From an uncultured archaeon (lineage in GTDB: Archaea > Thermoplasmatota > Penumbrarchaeia > JASLWR01), in NCBI GenBank assembly GCA_964430885.1, contig CAYSHM010000004.1, forward strand, positions 134,036 through 198,035: 64,000 nt of DNA, written 5' to 3'. Under the pieces are notes generated by a model. That model saw only the letters and a list, made by a program, of their open reading frames with translations, was not told where the DNA came from and searched no databases. Below, piece by piece: positions 18,930 to 28,718 of the stretch. Each line of letters opens with the position of its first letter. Position 1 is the stretch's first letter. The position numbers were made by a program, and so were the translations under genes.

Positions 18930-20879
18930 AGTATCATGCTCGGACCCAGAGTTCCGGAACCAGTTTCCGTCGTCATCATCCTCATCATCGGAATAGTCGA
19001 ATTTGGAAGAGCTGCCCCCACCCCCGCTGTTGCCGTCTCCACTGTCATAGGAATAGTCATCTTGTGGTTGGTAACTGCTCCCCCCTGTGCCCCCGGAATT
19101 TCCGGTGTTCTCATTTTTTTCCTTTTCTCCCTCCGCCTCCTTCTCCTCTTCTTTCTCTCTCTCTTCCTTTTCTACGACAATTATCATTGTGGTATATTCA
19201 GTGACTATTTGGTGTTCAAGAGCAGTATCTAGCAATTCCTGTTCATAGATGTCTCTGTTGTCATCCCTGAGGATTTTCTCCTCGCACCATTTTATGTGCA
19301 TGTAGGCCCAATATTTTTCCAGATTTGGGTTGATGTCATCAGAGGGTTTGAACTCTTCGTTAAAATAGGTTGTGGAATTTACCGTTATACCCGATCCGTT
19401 GAAGGATACGTCTGTATCCGGGTCAGATACCCTGCCGACTATACAGTGCTCCTGCCCCTGGAACAGATAAGGCGCCTGTCTATGGTATACCTTTTCTGCA
19501 TTCCCATAATTGAGCTCCAGGTCGAATATTAGCGGTGTGGATATTGTTTTGTAGAAATCAGTTATCTGCTCCGATATCTCCTGCTTGTCATCGATCCTGT
19601 AGGCCCTGCCGTAATTATCCAGCGATAGTCTTTCAAGGAATTCGAAATCCATATCATACCCTACACCTAGGGAAAAGATAGATATCCTTTCGGTATTCTT
19701 TTCCCTTATCTTTGTGCATATGGCAGGGGGCGATTCAATATAGCCTGTAGTGGGATTGCCATCAGTAAGGAATACAATTATCTTCATCCTGCCATTTTCA
19801 CCCTGGAACATTTCAAGGCCTTTCTCTAGGGATTCGATGATATTTGTTGAACCTCCGCTGGCCAGATCATCTATGTGATCCTTAGCTCTGCTCACATTAT
19901 CATCAGTTGTATTCTGCAGTTGATTTTTCCAAACCATAACATTGCTGCTGAAGGATATGATATTAAATCGGTCGCGCCTGGATTCCAGTTCGTCTACAAT
20001 AAGGCTGAAAGCTTCCTTTGTCCTGTCAAGTTTCTCACCTTCCATGGAACCCGAGGTGTCGATTATAAAGACAATGTCCTTTTCAAGGGCCATTCCGCCC
20101 AGCTCTTTGCTGCCTGGAGAGAAGGTATGTACAAAATAAGTTCTCTCCTGGGAACTATGGAAAACTGCTGTGCCTTCTACACTAGTACTATCAGTTTCGT
20201 AAATGACGCCAATTTCCCCATTAAGTTCATCCGAATCTACTTCAGTCTCTATTTTAATGGTGTTAGTGCCTTTATAATCCAGGTATTTCATATCAATTCC
20301 AACGGTTTCAGCAGCGGTTATCATTGTAGGACTTTCAATTTCAAAATCCACATCCAAAGGTCCGGAAATGTCTCCAGGAATTATATTCCCAGGTAGTAGC
20401 GATAGCTTATATCCTCCCAATTCCTTCACGAGAAACATATTGAAATTGTATCTGATTATAAGACTTGATTCTGGTTCCAGATTGATGGTTATTCCGAATC
20501 TGTTGACCGTTTTTTTTTCCAATTTCAAGGCATTTTTATTCTCACTTACTGCTTCTTGGTATTCCTTTTCTGCCTGATTTGCTTCCTTTACAACCCCGTA
20601 ATAGACCTCCCCCATGTAATCAATGGTCAGGTTGCTTAGAAAAGCCCCTTCCGGGATTCTCACTTCAATCCTTTGTTCAGTATTCGCATCTGCGGTATTT
20701 TCCATCATGAACTCCGCTGTGATGGTTGCGAAAGAGTTCGATACCTGCACATCGATTGATGGGTTGCAGATATTGACGGTACCGCTGCTCTTGTTCCTCT
20801 CTGCATTAGCCACTGGTGAAAGTACAGCAGTTCCAATGAATAATACAGTGATCAGAAGGAATAATGTCGCTTTTTTCAT
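18849..20879 (-). CDS. VIT + vWA domain surface protein with PEF-CTERM sorting signal
   Basis: Signal peptide; VIT; MIDAS DTSGS, GSTNI, FLTDG; C-terminus TPEFPWFALPAILLAGLVIIVRRRIKD. Confidence 0.92.
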   Translation of the reverse strand: MKKATLFLLITVLFIGTAVLSPVANAERNKSSGTVNICNPSIDVQVSNSFATITAEFMMENTADANTEQRIEVRIPEGAFLSNLTIDYMGEVYYGVVKEANQAEKEYQEAVSENKNALKLEKKTVNRFGITINLEPESSLIIRYNFNMFLVKELGGYKLSLLPGNIIPGDISGPLDVDFEIESPTMITAAETVGIDMKYLDYKGTNTIKIETEVDSDELNGEIGVIYETDSTSVEGTAVFHSSQERTYFVHTFSPGSKELGGMALEKDIVFIIDTSGSMEGEKLDRTKEAFSLIVDELESRRDRFNIISFSSNVMVWKNQLQNTTDDNVSRAKDHIDDLASGGSTNIIESLEKGLEMFQGENGRMKIIVFLTDGNPTTGYIESPPAICTKIREKNTERISIFSLGVGYDMDFEFLERLSLDNYGRAYRIDDKQEISEQITDFYKTISTPLIFDLELNYGNAEKVYHRQAPYLFQGQEHCIVGRVSDPDTDVSFNGSGITVNSTTYFNEEFKPSDDINPNLEKYWAYMHIKWCEEKILRDDNRDIYEQELLDTALEHQIVTEYTTMIIVVEKEEREKEEEKEAEGEKEKNENTGNSGGTGGSSYQPQDDYSYDSGDGNSGGGGSSSKFDYSDDEDDDDGNWFRNSGSEHDTPEFPWFALPAILLAGLVIIVRRRIKD

Positions 20880-21315
20880 TTTTATTACCTACCGTTTTCA
20901 ATGTTTAATTTGCCTTGTTTCTTGGAAAAGTAATGTCCAATCAAAGGACAATTCCAATTCCGCAGTAATTAGCAAAAAGCAGAATATATATTGATTTTGG
21001 TAGGTTAATCGAAATGAGGCCGGCACATCTGTTGAAAAAATGAATGAAAAATATTTTTATGTTTATCCTTTTCAGATTGGTGTGCTGAAGGGTGCAGACC
21101 TTGAAGCTGGGCGATATATTTTCAGGTCATATAGGCTTAACTATTTACAAGAATAAATTAATAAAATAATATGTCCGATAGAGCAGTTACCGCAGGTGTT
21201 ATTATAAAATAGGTGAACTTGAAATTCGATTATTCATCTCTGAATTCAACATAACGATCATCCTAAAGAATAGCAGTTTATTTTCTGCTGAGATGAATAT
21301 TGACAGGCATCGGGT

Positions 21316-21567
21316 TTATGAGAAATCGATCACATCATACTTCTTGAAAAGTGCTTTAAGCTTAGCAGAAACCCTCTCATAGAGTGCTTCTTCCTCATCG
21401 TCCACAATGCCGTCCTTGTCTATCTCGTCCACGATATTGCTGGCGTGTTTAGCAAGCTTGATGATTTCTTGGGTATCTATGATCTGGTCCTCTGCCACTT
21501 CTACCATGTATTCATTGATCTTCTTTTCAAGTTCTAAAAGTTTTTCCATGCTCATGATGTACACCAT
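21316..21567 (-). CDS. small acidic helical protein with two D-x-I/V-x-x-x-E loops (TerB/EF-hand-like)
   Basis: AEDQIIDTQE and DKDGIVDDEE between predicted helices. Confidence 0.65.
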   Translation of the reverse strand: MVYIMSMEKLLELEKKINEYMVEVAEDQIIDTQEIIKLAKHASNIVDEIDKDGIVDDEEEALYERVSAKLKALFKKYDVIDFS

Positions 21568-21683
21568 TTTGTCTTTTTTGCGTCCCCGAAAGGCGCAGAA
21601 AATAATAGAAACATTATTCTATTTGAAAGGTGAGGTCATTATGAAAAATAAACGCACTGAGCCCTTCATTTTCCAGATATGAC

Positions 21684-22973
21684 CTATTCCTGCTCCAGCA
21701 AGTAGCTGCCGAGCTGTGCACTGCCCATGGCTATCTGCTCTCCAGATCTCATATCCTTTACTGTCACCTTGCCTTCATTTACTTCGTTCTCCCCTATGAT
21801 GCAGGCAAATTTCGTACCGATGGCATTTGCATATTTTAAGGCCTTGGATATGTTGCGTCCTCTCAATTCCATATCCGCTTTTAATCCCATATTTCTCAAT
21901 TCCGATGTCATAGCCGCTACGAATCCGATTTCATTTTGGGATACAGGGATCAGGAATATATCGGTCCCATTTATGGAATAGCTCCTGCCTTCCTGGATCA
22001 GTGCTTCCTGCAGTCTGTCAAATCCAAGTGCGAACCCCGCAGTGGCCGTCTCCCGGCCTCCGAAAAGCGGTATCAGGGAATATTCTCCGCCCCCGCAGAT
22101 CTGTTTCTGGGCACCTAGGTCCTTACATTCGACCTCGAAAACAAGACCAGTATAATAATCCAATCCCCTGACTATACCAGGTTCGATGGTATACCTTTTC
22201 AGTCCAAGAAGTTCCATCCCCTTCAAAATATTCCTGAATCTTTCCAGAGGACCTTTGATATCTCCATGAGTTTCTGCCAGTTCAAGGAGTTGATCCAGAA
22301 CACTGCTGTTTTCCCCTTCTTCGCCCATCATTGTCAATTTAAGTATGTCGGATATGAGTTTGGGATCACAATTCTTTTCGTACAGGAATTCTTCAACCCC
22401 ATCAATGTTCGCCTTGTCGATGAGTATCATTGCTGCGCCCATATCTATTTCCTGCAGTTCTGTTTTCTTAAGGATGTTGTTGATTATTTCAAGATAGCCG
22501 ATTTTTATCTCATATTTTTCCAGACCTGCGGATTTTATCATATCATTTGCAAGAACGGGCATTTCTGCCACGGCCAATTCAGTTGAACACCCGATCATCT
22601 CCACTCCAAACTGCCAGAATTCCCTGTACCTTCCTTTTTGGGGTCTTTCATATCTGAAGCAGTTATCGAAATAATAGAGCTTCAAGGGTTTTGGCCGGTT
22701 CTGCATGGAACTCACATAGAATCTCATGGTGGACGCGGTCAATTCTGGACGCAGAGCCAGTTCCCTGCCTCCTTTGTCTGAGAAATGATAGAGCTGGCCC
22801 ATGATATCTTCACCTGAACGCTTGGTAAACAGTTCCAAACGCTCGAAGGTGGGCATCTTGATCTCGGAGTATCCGTATTTTTCCCCCGTATTGGTTAATT
22901 TGTTCAGGATAATTTTCCTGAAGGCCATTTCCTCCGGCACGAAATCCCTTGTTCCTCTCGGTCTTTTTATCAT
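21684..22973 (-). CDS. hisS: histidine--tRNA ligase
   Basis: RGTRD, LRPELT, FRYERPQKGRYREFWQ, RGLDYYTG, GGG.Y, anticodon-binding domain; start set to MIKRPRG. Confidence 0.98.
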   Translation of the reverse strand: MIKRPRGTRDFVPEEMAFRKIILNKLTNTGEKYGYSEIKMPTFERLELFTKRSGEDIMGQLYHFSDKGGRELALRPELTASTMRFYVSSMQNRPKPLKLYYFDNCFRYERPQKGRYREFWQFGVEMIGCSTELAVAEMPVLANDMIKSAGLEKYEIKIGYLEIINNILKKTELQEIDMGAAMILIDKANIDGVEEFLYEKNCDPKLISDILKLTMMGEEGENSSVLDQLLELAETHGDIKGPLERFRNILKGMELLGLKRYTIEPGIVRGLDYYTGLVFEVECKDLGAQKQICGGGEYSLIPLFGGRETATAGFALGFDRLQEALIQEGRSYSINGTDIFLIPVSQNEIGFVAAMTSELRNMGLKADMELRGRNISKALKYANAIGTKFACIIGENEVNEGKVTVKDMRSGEQIAMGSAQLGSYLLEQE

Positions 22974-23138
22974 ATTGCAAAACACCACTGATTGTTGTTC
23001 AGCCCTTTCTCTTCTTATTGGAGCCAAGCATTTATTTATATATTGATTTCAGAATTGGATACAATAAATGCAGGTACTAGCTTTGCCATGCAACCTACTG
23101 GGTTACTTCACCTACATTTCCTCCTAACAACTCGAAAA

Positions 23139-23211
23139 TGCGGGTGCCGGGATTCGAACCCGAGCAAGAAGCTTGGGAAGCTCCGATCCTACCAGGCTAG
23201 ATCACACCCGC
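23139..23211 (-). tRNA. tRNA-Gly(CCC)
   Basis: Acceptor GCGGGTG/CACCCGC-A, anticodon arm GGAGC-TTCCCAA-GCTTC, T-loop TTCGAAT. Confidence 0.97.
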
Positions 23212-23462
23212 ATAGATATATATCATTGGAATTTCCAAAAGGCCAAATTCCATATTAATTATTTTTGTTTTGAATATTGCATTATACCATCCAATATTAG
23301 AATTCCTTTTTAATTTGGTTTTTCTATTTAATTATTTAGAGCGACCATTTATTAAAGGTAATATTCGATAATAAATACGGATAATGAAAGTTATATTTCA
23401 ATAAATATAATGTACTGGCATTCATTATGAATTTGTTGAACATGGTTCGGGTGTGATCTGAT

Positions 23463-26400
23463 ATGTCGAAGAGTTCTTTTTCATATATGGTAATTATATT
23501 GATTTCCCTGCTGATTTTGCCTTCAGTATTTGGAATAGTCAGGAATAACAAGACTGAAAGAATCGATGTTGAATCTATACAGGATGTAGGGGATTTCTCC
23601 TTCTCCTCTCGGAACGCTACTGAGGGCGACAGCTGGACAATGTTCGGTTACGATCATAAAAATACCCATAATTATCCACATATTGCTCCCAACGGCTCCA
23701 CAACGGTTTGGGAATCCAATTTCGATTCGCGTTTCTTTTCATCTCCCTGCGTTGTGGACGGGAAGATATATGTCGGTGGGGATGATTTCAAACTATATTG
23801 CGTGGATGCCGGGACGGGTCAGGTTCTGTTCGATCATTTTTTCCCTTCTCAGGTGACCGCCTCCCCCTGCGTTGTGGGAGATATTGTATATGTGGCCTGC
23901 AAGGATCACAAATTATACGCTTTTAACACCACAAGAGAGGATGTTGATTGGACCTATGAGGCCTCTGGCTCCCTGGAATCCTCTCCGATCGTAAGGGATG
24001 GAGCAGTCTACTTCTCTTCCTTCGACGGCAATATATATGCTGTAGACACCTACACTCATCAATTGATCTGGAGATATGAATGCGAGGATGATTACAATAT
24101 AACAACGACTGCAGCCATTCAGGGCGGCAATGTGCTGTTCACAATAAGCGATGTAAAAAACACCCGGTCCAAACTAGTATGCCTGGATGTAAATGGTTTT
24201 TCCGATCAGAACGACGGTTTTACAGGGGAATCAGATACATCCCCGGATGCTGGTGATCTGGTTTGGGAATACGAGATGCCTGATACATCCGACAGTTCAC
24301 CTTCCATTATGTCGGGGAATGTATATGTTGGATGCGACGATCAGAAGGTCTATTGTATAGATATTGCCGATGGCTCTTACATATGGGATTCGGCCACTGA
24401 TGATTCGGTGAAAGCCTGCCCTACCCCCGTTCTCTCCACTAATACTGTGATATTCGGCTCAAGGGACGGATATGTTTACAGTGTGGATGCTTCAAACGGG
24501 GCTCTGAAATGGAAGGCTCTTATTGGCGACTCTATAATCTCACCGGCCACAGTTGCTGACGGCAAGGTCTATGTTGGTTCTCTGGATTACAATCTGTATT
24601 GTTTCGATCTCGCCGGCAACCTGGACACCACTACAGATCAGATATTCAGTGCTTATATGGGTGATTCCATGTGGTGCAGAGCTGCACCGGTGATACACGG
24701 AGGTATGCTTTATCAAGCCTGTATGGATGGATCGGTTGCCAACAGCGGTAAGATAGTTGCTCTGGGCTCGCCGGATGTAGGGATCTACAATATCCTTCTC
24801 TCGGACGATCACCCTTTCCATGGAGAAGTAGTGGATATAAATGTATACGTAAAGAACAACCGTACCGTAACCTGTCAAGCTGATGTGGAATGCTGGTATG
24901 CCAGCGGAGATAATTCCATTAAAGTGCTTATTGATACTGTTCATGTGAATTCACCCCCCAGAAGTTTGAAGGTGGTCACTGCTGAGTGGACGGCCAAACA
25001 GGGGATTTGGTATATTTGGATCAAACTCACCAATGTGACTCCCCTGGAATCCGCTGCGGATCAGTTCAACAACACCAATACCCCAGGGGAGATATCAGTA
25101 TCTCCTGTGCCTTCTACGGAGTGGAATATGTTCATGAGGGATACTGCCCATTCATCCCATTCGTCAATCCCCGTAAATGCAGGGCGAATCGAGTGGTCAT
25201 CTTCTCCCGGCGGTCATTTGTATCAGCCTGTGATCTCCAAAGGTTATCTGGTGGTTGCGGGTAAAGATGGGACGGTTTCCGCCCTTGATCAATACAGCGG
25301 CGATATTGCGTGGCAGAGGGAATTGGATGCGACCGCCCTATCCAATCCCACTATTCACAATGATAAGATATTTGTACCCTACGAAGGATTCCGGATACGT
25401 TCCATTGCCTTGGTTGGCGGACCTCAGCAGAATCCGGGGAAGGTCCTATGGACAAAAAGCTATCCTGAAATATCATCTCCAGTGACGCCGATAATGGCTC
25501 ATAATGGTATTCTGGTAGTTCCAACGACCGGGGGCAATGTATATGCTATAGATGAGGACGACGGTACCATGATCTGGTCCTGGAATCTTTCCATTGATAT
25601 TTCCACAGTCCCCCTGATATTGGGAAATGAGATATGTGTATTATCAAATAATGGTGATGTATTTCTTTTGGACATTTATTCAGGTGATTATACGGGAGGT
25701 ATTTCCCTGAACCTGACCTCACCTCTAACACCGACATATTATGGAAGTAAGATATACATTCCAACAGAGAATGGAAAATTATATTCCTATTATCCCCTTC
25801 TGAATACCTCTGATTCCAGTGTTGATCTCGAGGTCAATATCACTACTCCACTTGTTAAGGCGGGTGAAAAGGATATAAAGGTTGTGGGTACTGAAAACAG
25901 TATCCGAATACTGGATTCCACGTTCAACACTATTGGCGAGGTGGAATTGGGAGGGGTTATTCTTCAGCCCCCCGTGGGAACAGACGAGAGGTGTTATGTA
26001 ATTGACCAAAACGGTGTTCTGTATTCCATCAATACATCGGTTGGAGGTATAGGCGACAGAGAAATGTGGAACTTGAGCCTCACCTCCACACCTTCGGGAA
26101 GTCCTGTTCTATGGCAGGGTAAATTATACCTAACGACGCCTGATGGCGAGGTTCTAAGCATCGGTGCCCGTAACTCCGATCCTTTAGCTGAACTTGACAA
26201 ACCTGATGACGGGGATATGTTCCGGGTGGTTGATGAGATAGATTTCAGTGCGCTCTCTTCATCGGACCCTGATGGTGATTCTCTGCAGTTCAAATGGGAA
26301 TCATCCCTGGACGGATTGCTGTTTCTGGGGGATTCACCAACCTATAAAACAAATCTGACACCTGGACTTCATCTGATCACACTTACGGTGGACGATCAAA

Positions 26401-27275
26401 AGGGAGGCCGGGCCACTCTTACATTCCAGATCACAGTTCTTGGTAAGGAGGTCACTCAAACCTATCTGCCTGATCTAGAGGTAGGCCTGAGGATTCAGCA
26501 TATAGGAAGTGGGGTCATGACCGCAGCTGTGGATGATGAAAAACAAGGTATATCCGCAGCTTCCGAGTGGAAAGTGGTAAACATTACCACGACCTACAAC
26601 TGGTTCAGCTGGCTTGAATTGAGGTTTGAACTTCACGGGACCCCTCTGATACCAAATAATGCCAATCTGTCATCCCTGAACCTATATTATTTGGATAAGG
26701 GAACGGGAAATTGGACCGTATATCAGAATGCAGTGCTATCCTTGTCCGGCGGTTTTATCCTAGTCAATTTGACCCAGGTTGAGTTTCCCCTGTATGTTAC
26801 GGTTTACGGAAAAATCAACGTGAATGAGACGCCTAATGGCAGTGATCATGATGACCCTGTGGCAATAGCCGGTTTGGATGCCACTGTAAAGGAGGACGGG
26901 ACAGTGGATTTCGATGCCAGCGGGAGCTCTGCAGACGGAGTGAACATTTCCACCTATGTTTGGACATTTGATTATGACGGAGAGAAGGTTACTCTTTACG
27001 GGCGGACAGTTGACTATACATTTAAGATTTCAGGGGAATATGAAGTGACCCTGAATGTAACGGACGAGGACGGTAAATGGGATACTGATGAACTACTTGT
27101 GACGGTCCTAAAGAAAGATGACGGGGGTTCCGGAAGCGGAGGCGGCACATGGTTCTATATATTCTTGATAGTACTGATAATCCTAGTACTACTGGTACTG
27201 ATATTCAGGGAATACCGGAAACGCTCAGAGCAGAAAAAGATGGATGACGATTTCTTCCAGGAAGAGGAGAATTAA
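23463..27275 (+). CDS. surface protein with two PQQ-like (BamB-type) beta-propellers, an Ig/CARDB-like domain, PKD domains and a C-terminal TM
   Basis: Repeated SSP.V.DG.VYVG..D..LY..DA..G...W blades; two W.MF..D..(H/N) propeller starts; PKD motifs; TM plus acidic tail. Confidence 0.88.
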   Translation: MSKSSFSYMVIILISLLILPSVFGIVRNNKTERIDVESIQDVGDFSFSSRNATEGDSWTMFGYDHKNTHNYPHIAPNGSTTVWESNFDSRFFSSPCVVDGKIYVGGDDFKLYCVDAGTGQVLFDHFFPSQVTASPCVVGDIVYVACKDHKLYAFNTTREDVDWTYEASGSLESSPIVRDGAVYFSSFDGNIYAVDTYTHQLIWRYECEDDYNITTTAAIQGGNVLFTISDVKNTRSKLVCLDVNGFSDQNDGFTGESDTSPDAGDLVWEYEMPDTSDSSPSIMSGNVYVGCDDQKVYCIDIADGSYIWDSATDDSVKACPTPVLSTNTVIFGSRDGYVYSVDASNGALKWKALIGDSIISPATVADGKVYVGSLDYNLYCFDLAGNLDTTTDQIFSAYMGDSMWCRAAPVIHGGMLYQACMDGSVANSGKIVALGSPDVGIYNILLSDDHPFHGEVVDINVYVKNNRTVTCQADVECWYASGDNSIKVLIDTVHVNSPPRSLKVVTAEWTAKQGIWYIWIKLTNVTPLESAADQFNNTNTPGEISVSPVPSTEWNMFMRDTAHSSHSSIPVNAGRIEWSSSPGGHLYQPVISKGYLVVAGKDGTVSALDQYSGDIAWQRELDATALSNPTIHNDKIFVPYEGFRIRSIALVGGPQQNPGKVLWTKSYPEISSPVTPIMAHNGILVVPTTGGNVYAIDEDDGTMIWSWNLSIDISTVPLILGNEICVLSNNGDVFLLDIYSGDYTGGISLNLTSPLTPTYYGSKIYIPTENGKLYSYYPLLNTSDSSVDLEVNITTPLVKAGEKDIKVVGTENSIRILDSTFNTIGEVELGGVILQPPVGTDERCYVIDQNGVLYSINTSVGGIGDREMWNLSLTSTPSGSPVLWQGKLYLTTPDGEVLSIGARNSDPLAELDKPDDGDMFRVVDEIDFSALSSSDPDGDSLQFKWESSLDGLLFLGDSPTYKTNLTPGLHLITLTVDDQKGGRATLTFQITVLGKEVTQTYLPDLEVGLRIQHIGSGVMTAAVDDEKQGISAASEWKVVNITTTYNWFSWLELRFELHGTPLIPNNANLSSLNLYYLDKGTGNWTVYQNAVLSLSGGFILVNLTQVEFPLYVTVYGKINVNETPNGSDHDDPVAIAGLDATVKEDGTVDFDASGSSADGVNISTYVWTFDYDGEKVTLYGRTVDYTFKISGEYEVTLNVTDEDGKWDTDELLVTVLKKDDGGSGSGGGTWFYIFLIVLIILVLLVLIFREYRKRSEQKKMDDDFFQEEEN

Positions 27276-27421
27276 TCCGATCTTAACTCTAGCATCGAAT
27301 CTCTTTTTCAATTAGATAGGATTTGATTTTTTTAAAAACCCAATGAAAAGTTATATATGATAATGTTAACGATTCTCTGTGAGGTTTTACGAATAGCTGG
27401 AATGGTTCTTAGAGTGATATT

Positions 27422-27844
27422 ATGGTAGAGCACGCATTTAAACAGATCAGAACTGGTGGTCTCTTTTCAAAGAGGATAAAAGTATTGTTCGAAACCAAAC
27501 TTGATCGAATGCTTCCCCGGGGAGAGGTAAATACGACAGTAGTATACGAAGGAGACGGGTCCAGAAGGCTGGGTCACTGCAAGTACATGAACGAGGGTCC
27601 AGAAGGAAAGGTTACTTCATTCATTATGGATGATTGGGCCAATCCCAATATCGCCATTTCGCTTTTAAAACAATCACTCACTGTTCTGAAGAAAAAAGGA
27701 GCCAAAGAGGTAACTGCGGAGATATATGCCAAGGATAATACCACGCACAAGAAACTTGATACCTTCAAAAAGGTGAAGTTCAGGATGGATTCAGGCGGGG
27801 CTACTGTGGGATACAACCGTTACCTATTCAAGAAGAAATTATAG
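27422..27844 (+). CDS. hypothetical protein, GNAT-like fold
   Basis: Pattern resembling GNAT motif A/B (W.N..IA..LL...L..LKKKG...V...F.K..F); co-oriented with nac. Confidence 0.5.
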   Translation: MVEHAFKQIRTGGLFSKRIKVLFETKLDRMLPRGEVNTTVVYEGDGSRRLGHCKYMNEGPEGKVTSFIMDDWANPNIAISLLKQSLTVLKKKGAKEVTAEIYAKDNTTHKKLDTFKKVKFRMDSGGATVGYNRYLFKKKL

Positions 27845-27855
27845 GGTGTATTTTT

Positions 27856-28215
27856 ATGTTTCCAGGTATGGGTAGAGGTGTGAATCCCAGAAAAATGAAG
27901 TCTATGATGCGGAAGATGGGCATGGACCTTGATGAGTTGGGTGATGTGGAGGAAGTTATCATAAAGACCAGTGATAAGAAGTACATCTTCCACGATGCCG
28001 CAGTCACAGTGATGACAGTCCAAGGCCAGAAGACCTTCCAGATCGTAGGAGAACCGGATGTTGAGGAGAGCGAAGGCGAAGGCGGCATTGTCATACCGGA
28101 AGAGGATATCCAACTGGTAATGGCCCAATCCGGTGCAAGCTATGATGATGCAAAGAAAGCTCTAGAGGAGAACGAAGGCAATCCCGCAGAGGCCATCATA
28201 TCTCTAATGAGCTGA
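27856..28215 (+). CDS. nac: nascent polypeptide-associated complex protein
   Basis: NPRKMKSMMRKMG, VEEVII, GQKTFQIVG, C-terminal UBA (EDIQLVM.Q.G...A..AL...G..AEAI). Confidence 0.97.
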   Translation: MFPGMGRGVNPRKMKSMMRKMGMDLDELGDVEEVIIKTSDKKYIFHDAAVTVMTVQGQKTFQIVGEPDVEESEGEGGIVIPEEDIQLVMAQSGASYDDAKKALEENEGNPAEAIISLMS

Positions 28216-28369
28216 GGCTCCTTTTGAAATACATTTCCTTAGTGCAAGGTAAAATAAATCTTTATTGCCTTTCTTTACCTTTGAATGCCCTCTAAGATTT
28301 GTGGTTTTAATCAACTAGCATATCACATTCCCCTTTATTATTTATCAACTACCGGCGGAGGTATTTTCA

Positions 28370-28663
28370 TTGACCAGAGAGATAAGTGATGAAAAGATCG
28401 AGAAATATTTGGCGATTACGAAAAAAGCACTTGAAAAGGCCCGAATAATTGCACCGCAGGATTCTTTTTTGGAGCAGATCGCAAAAGATTTCTATGATAT
28501 GGCCCAAAGGTATCACCAAGATGCTCTCTTTTTCAGGGATAATGGAGATTTAGTCAACAGTTTTGCAGCTGTGAATTATGCCCATGGATGGTTGGATGCG
28601 GGGGCAAGATTGGGTATTTTTGAGGTGGGCGGAGATCATCAATTGTTCACTCTGGCACGGTGA
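28370..28663 (+). CDS. DUF357 family protein
   Basis: MA.RY..DA..F...GD.V..FAAVNYAHGWLDAGARLG; TTG start with SD GGAGG. Confidence 0.92.
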   Translation: MTREISDEKIEKYLAITKKALEKARIIAPQDSFLEQIAKDFYDMAQRYHQDALFFRDNGDLVNSFAAVNYAHGWLDAGARLGIFEVGGDHQLFTLAR

Positions 28664-28718
28664 GCCAATCTTTATTCAATACCTATTTCAATATCATTAG
28701 TTAGGATGGTTTTTTCAG

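Noticed and set aside
20880-21315. Long AT-rich spacer with a 38-codon ORF near 21040
   Set aside because: No SD, recognisable homology or clear RNA structure; likely promoter or spacer DNA.
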